Assembly: GCA_003220225.1 (NCBI GenBank)
Contig: QHRU01000045.1
Location: forward strand, 2,586 to 66,585
DNA: 64,000 bases
From: Candidatus Rokuibacteriota bacterium
Lineage (GTDB): Bacteria; Methylomirabilota; Methylomirabilia; Rokubacteriales; CSP1-6
Direction of reading: 5' to 3'
The notes under the pieces are model-generated. The model searched no databases and was not told the origin of the DNA. It worked only from the letters and a program-made list of their open reading frames with translations. The position numbers and the translations under genes were made by a program. Shown piece by piece: positions 63,419 to 64,000 of the stretch (positions are counted from its first letter, which is position 1; every line of letters starts with the position of its first letter).

Positions 63419-64000
63419 CGCTGCGGCTCGAGGGCATCGAGGCCGCCTACGGCCTCAGCCAGGTCCTGTTCGGCATCAGCCTCGAGGTCCCCTCCGGCCG
63501 GCTCGTGACCCTGCTCGGCCGCAACGGCATGGGCAAGACGACCACCGTCCGCGCGGTGATGGGCATCGTGCCGATCCAGGCCGGACGCGTCCACTTCGAC
63601 GGACGCGCGCTGCACGGCCTGCCGCCGTACCGCGTGGCCCGGGCCGGCCTGGGGGTCGTGCCCGAGGGCCGCCAGGTGTTCCCGAACCTCACCGTCCGCG
63701 AGAACCTCGTCGCCACGGCCGCCAACCGGCGCCGGGCGGCCGAGCCGTGGAGCGTGGCGCGGGTGTTCGGCCTGTTTCCCCATCTGGCGGCCCGGGCCCG
63801 CAGCCTGGGCGGCACGCTGTCCGGCGGCGAGCAACAGATGCTCTCCATCGGTCGCGCCCTCATGACGAACCCCGCGCTGCTGATCCTCGACGAGGCCACC
63901 GAGGGGCTGGCGCCGCTCGTCCGGGCCGAGATCTGGGGCTGCCTCGAGCGCCTCAAGCAGAGCGGCCTGTCGATTCTGCTGATCGACAAGCACGTCGAGG
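63415..64000 (+). CDS. LivF-type ABC ATP-binding protein, 3'-truncated by window edge
   Basis: GTG overlaps previous stop; GRNGMGKTT, VPEGRQVFPNLTV, LSGGEQQML, LDEATEGLAP. Confidence 0.93.
   Translation, partial: MTLRLEGIEAAYGLSQVLFGISLEVPSGRLVTLLGRNGMGKTTTVRAVMGIVPIQAGRVHFDGRALHGLPPYRVARAGLGVVPEGRQVFPNLTVRENLVATAANRRRAAEPWSVARVFGLFPHLAARARSLGGTLSGGEQQMLSIGRALMTNPALLILDEATEGLAPLVRAEIWGCLERLKQSGLSILLIDKHVE

Overview
Gene-dense, very GC-rich bacterial chromosome segment. Gene content and repeat style resemble Candidatus Rokubacteria / Methylomirabilota (inference, not verified). Left to right: (1) a ~12 kb signalling operon joining a Chp/Che-type chemosensory module (MCP, dual-Hpt CheA-REC) to an MglA small GTPase, at least four Roadblock/LC7 (MglB-like) proteins and an MshEN-bearing PilB ATPase; (2) the pyrR-pyrB-pyrC-carA-(88 aa orf)-carB-pyrF operon, with a PyrR-binding hairpin overlapping the ribosome-binding site; (3) a PAS hybrid kinase and response regulator, and a yahF/yahG-like (FdrA + DUF1116) pair; (4) lpxC-DUF4390-ntrY-ntrX behind a consensus sigma54 promoter with two palindromic upstream sites; (5) lepA-lepB-hemW-hrcA-grpE-dnaJ-prmA-rsmE-archease, with no dnaK; (6) nucleotide-sugar genes; (7) a caa3-type cytochrome c oxidase with fused subunits I and III; (8) an aromatic catabolism region (acyl-CoA dehydrogenase pair, benzoate-CoA-ligase family, thioesterase, RidA, extradiol dioxygenase, tannase/feruloyl esterase, Liv-type ABC transporter). 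Non-coding highlights are a dispersed ~75 bp palindromic repeat family (4 full copies plus a 72 bp tandem array) and a 53 nt structured element present twice. One copy of that element frameshifts the ridA gene; the other supplies its stop codon and the next gene's RBS. No rRNA, tRNA, CRISPR array or transposase was recognised. All calls come from reading motifs by eye; no database searches were run.
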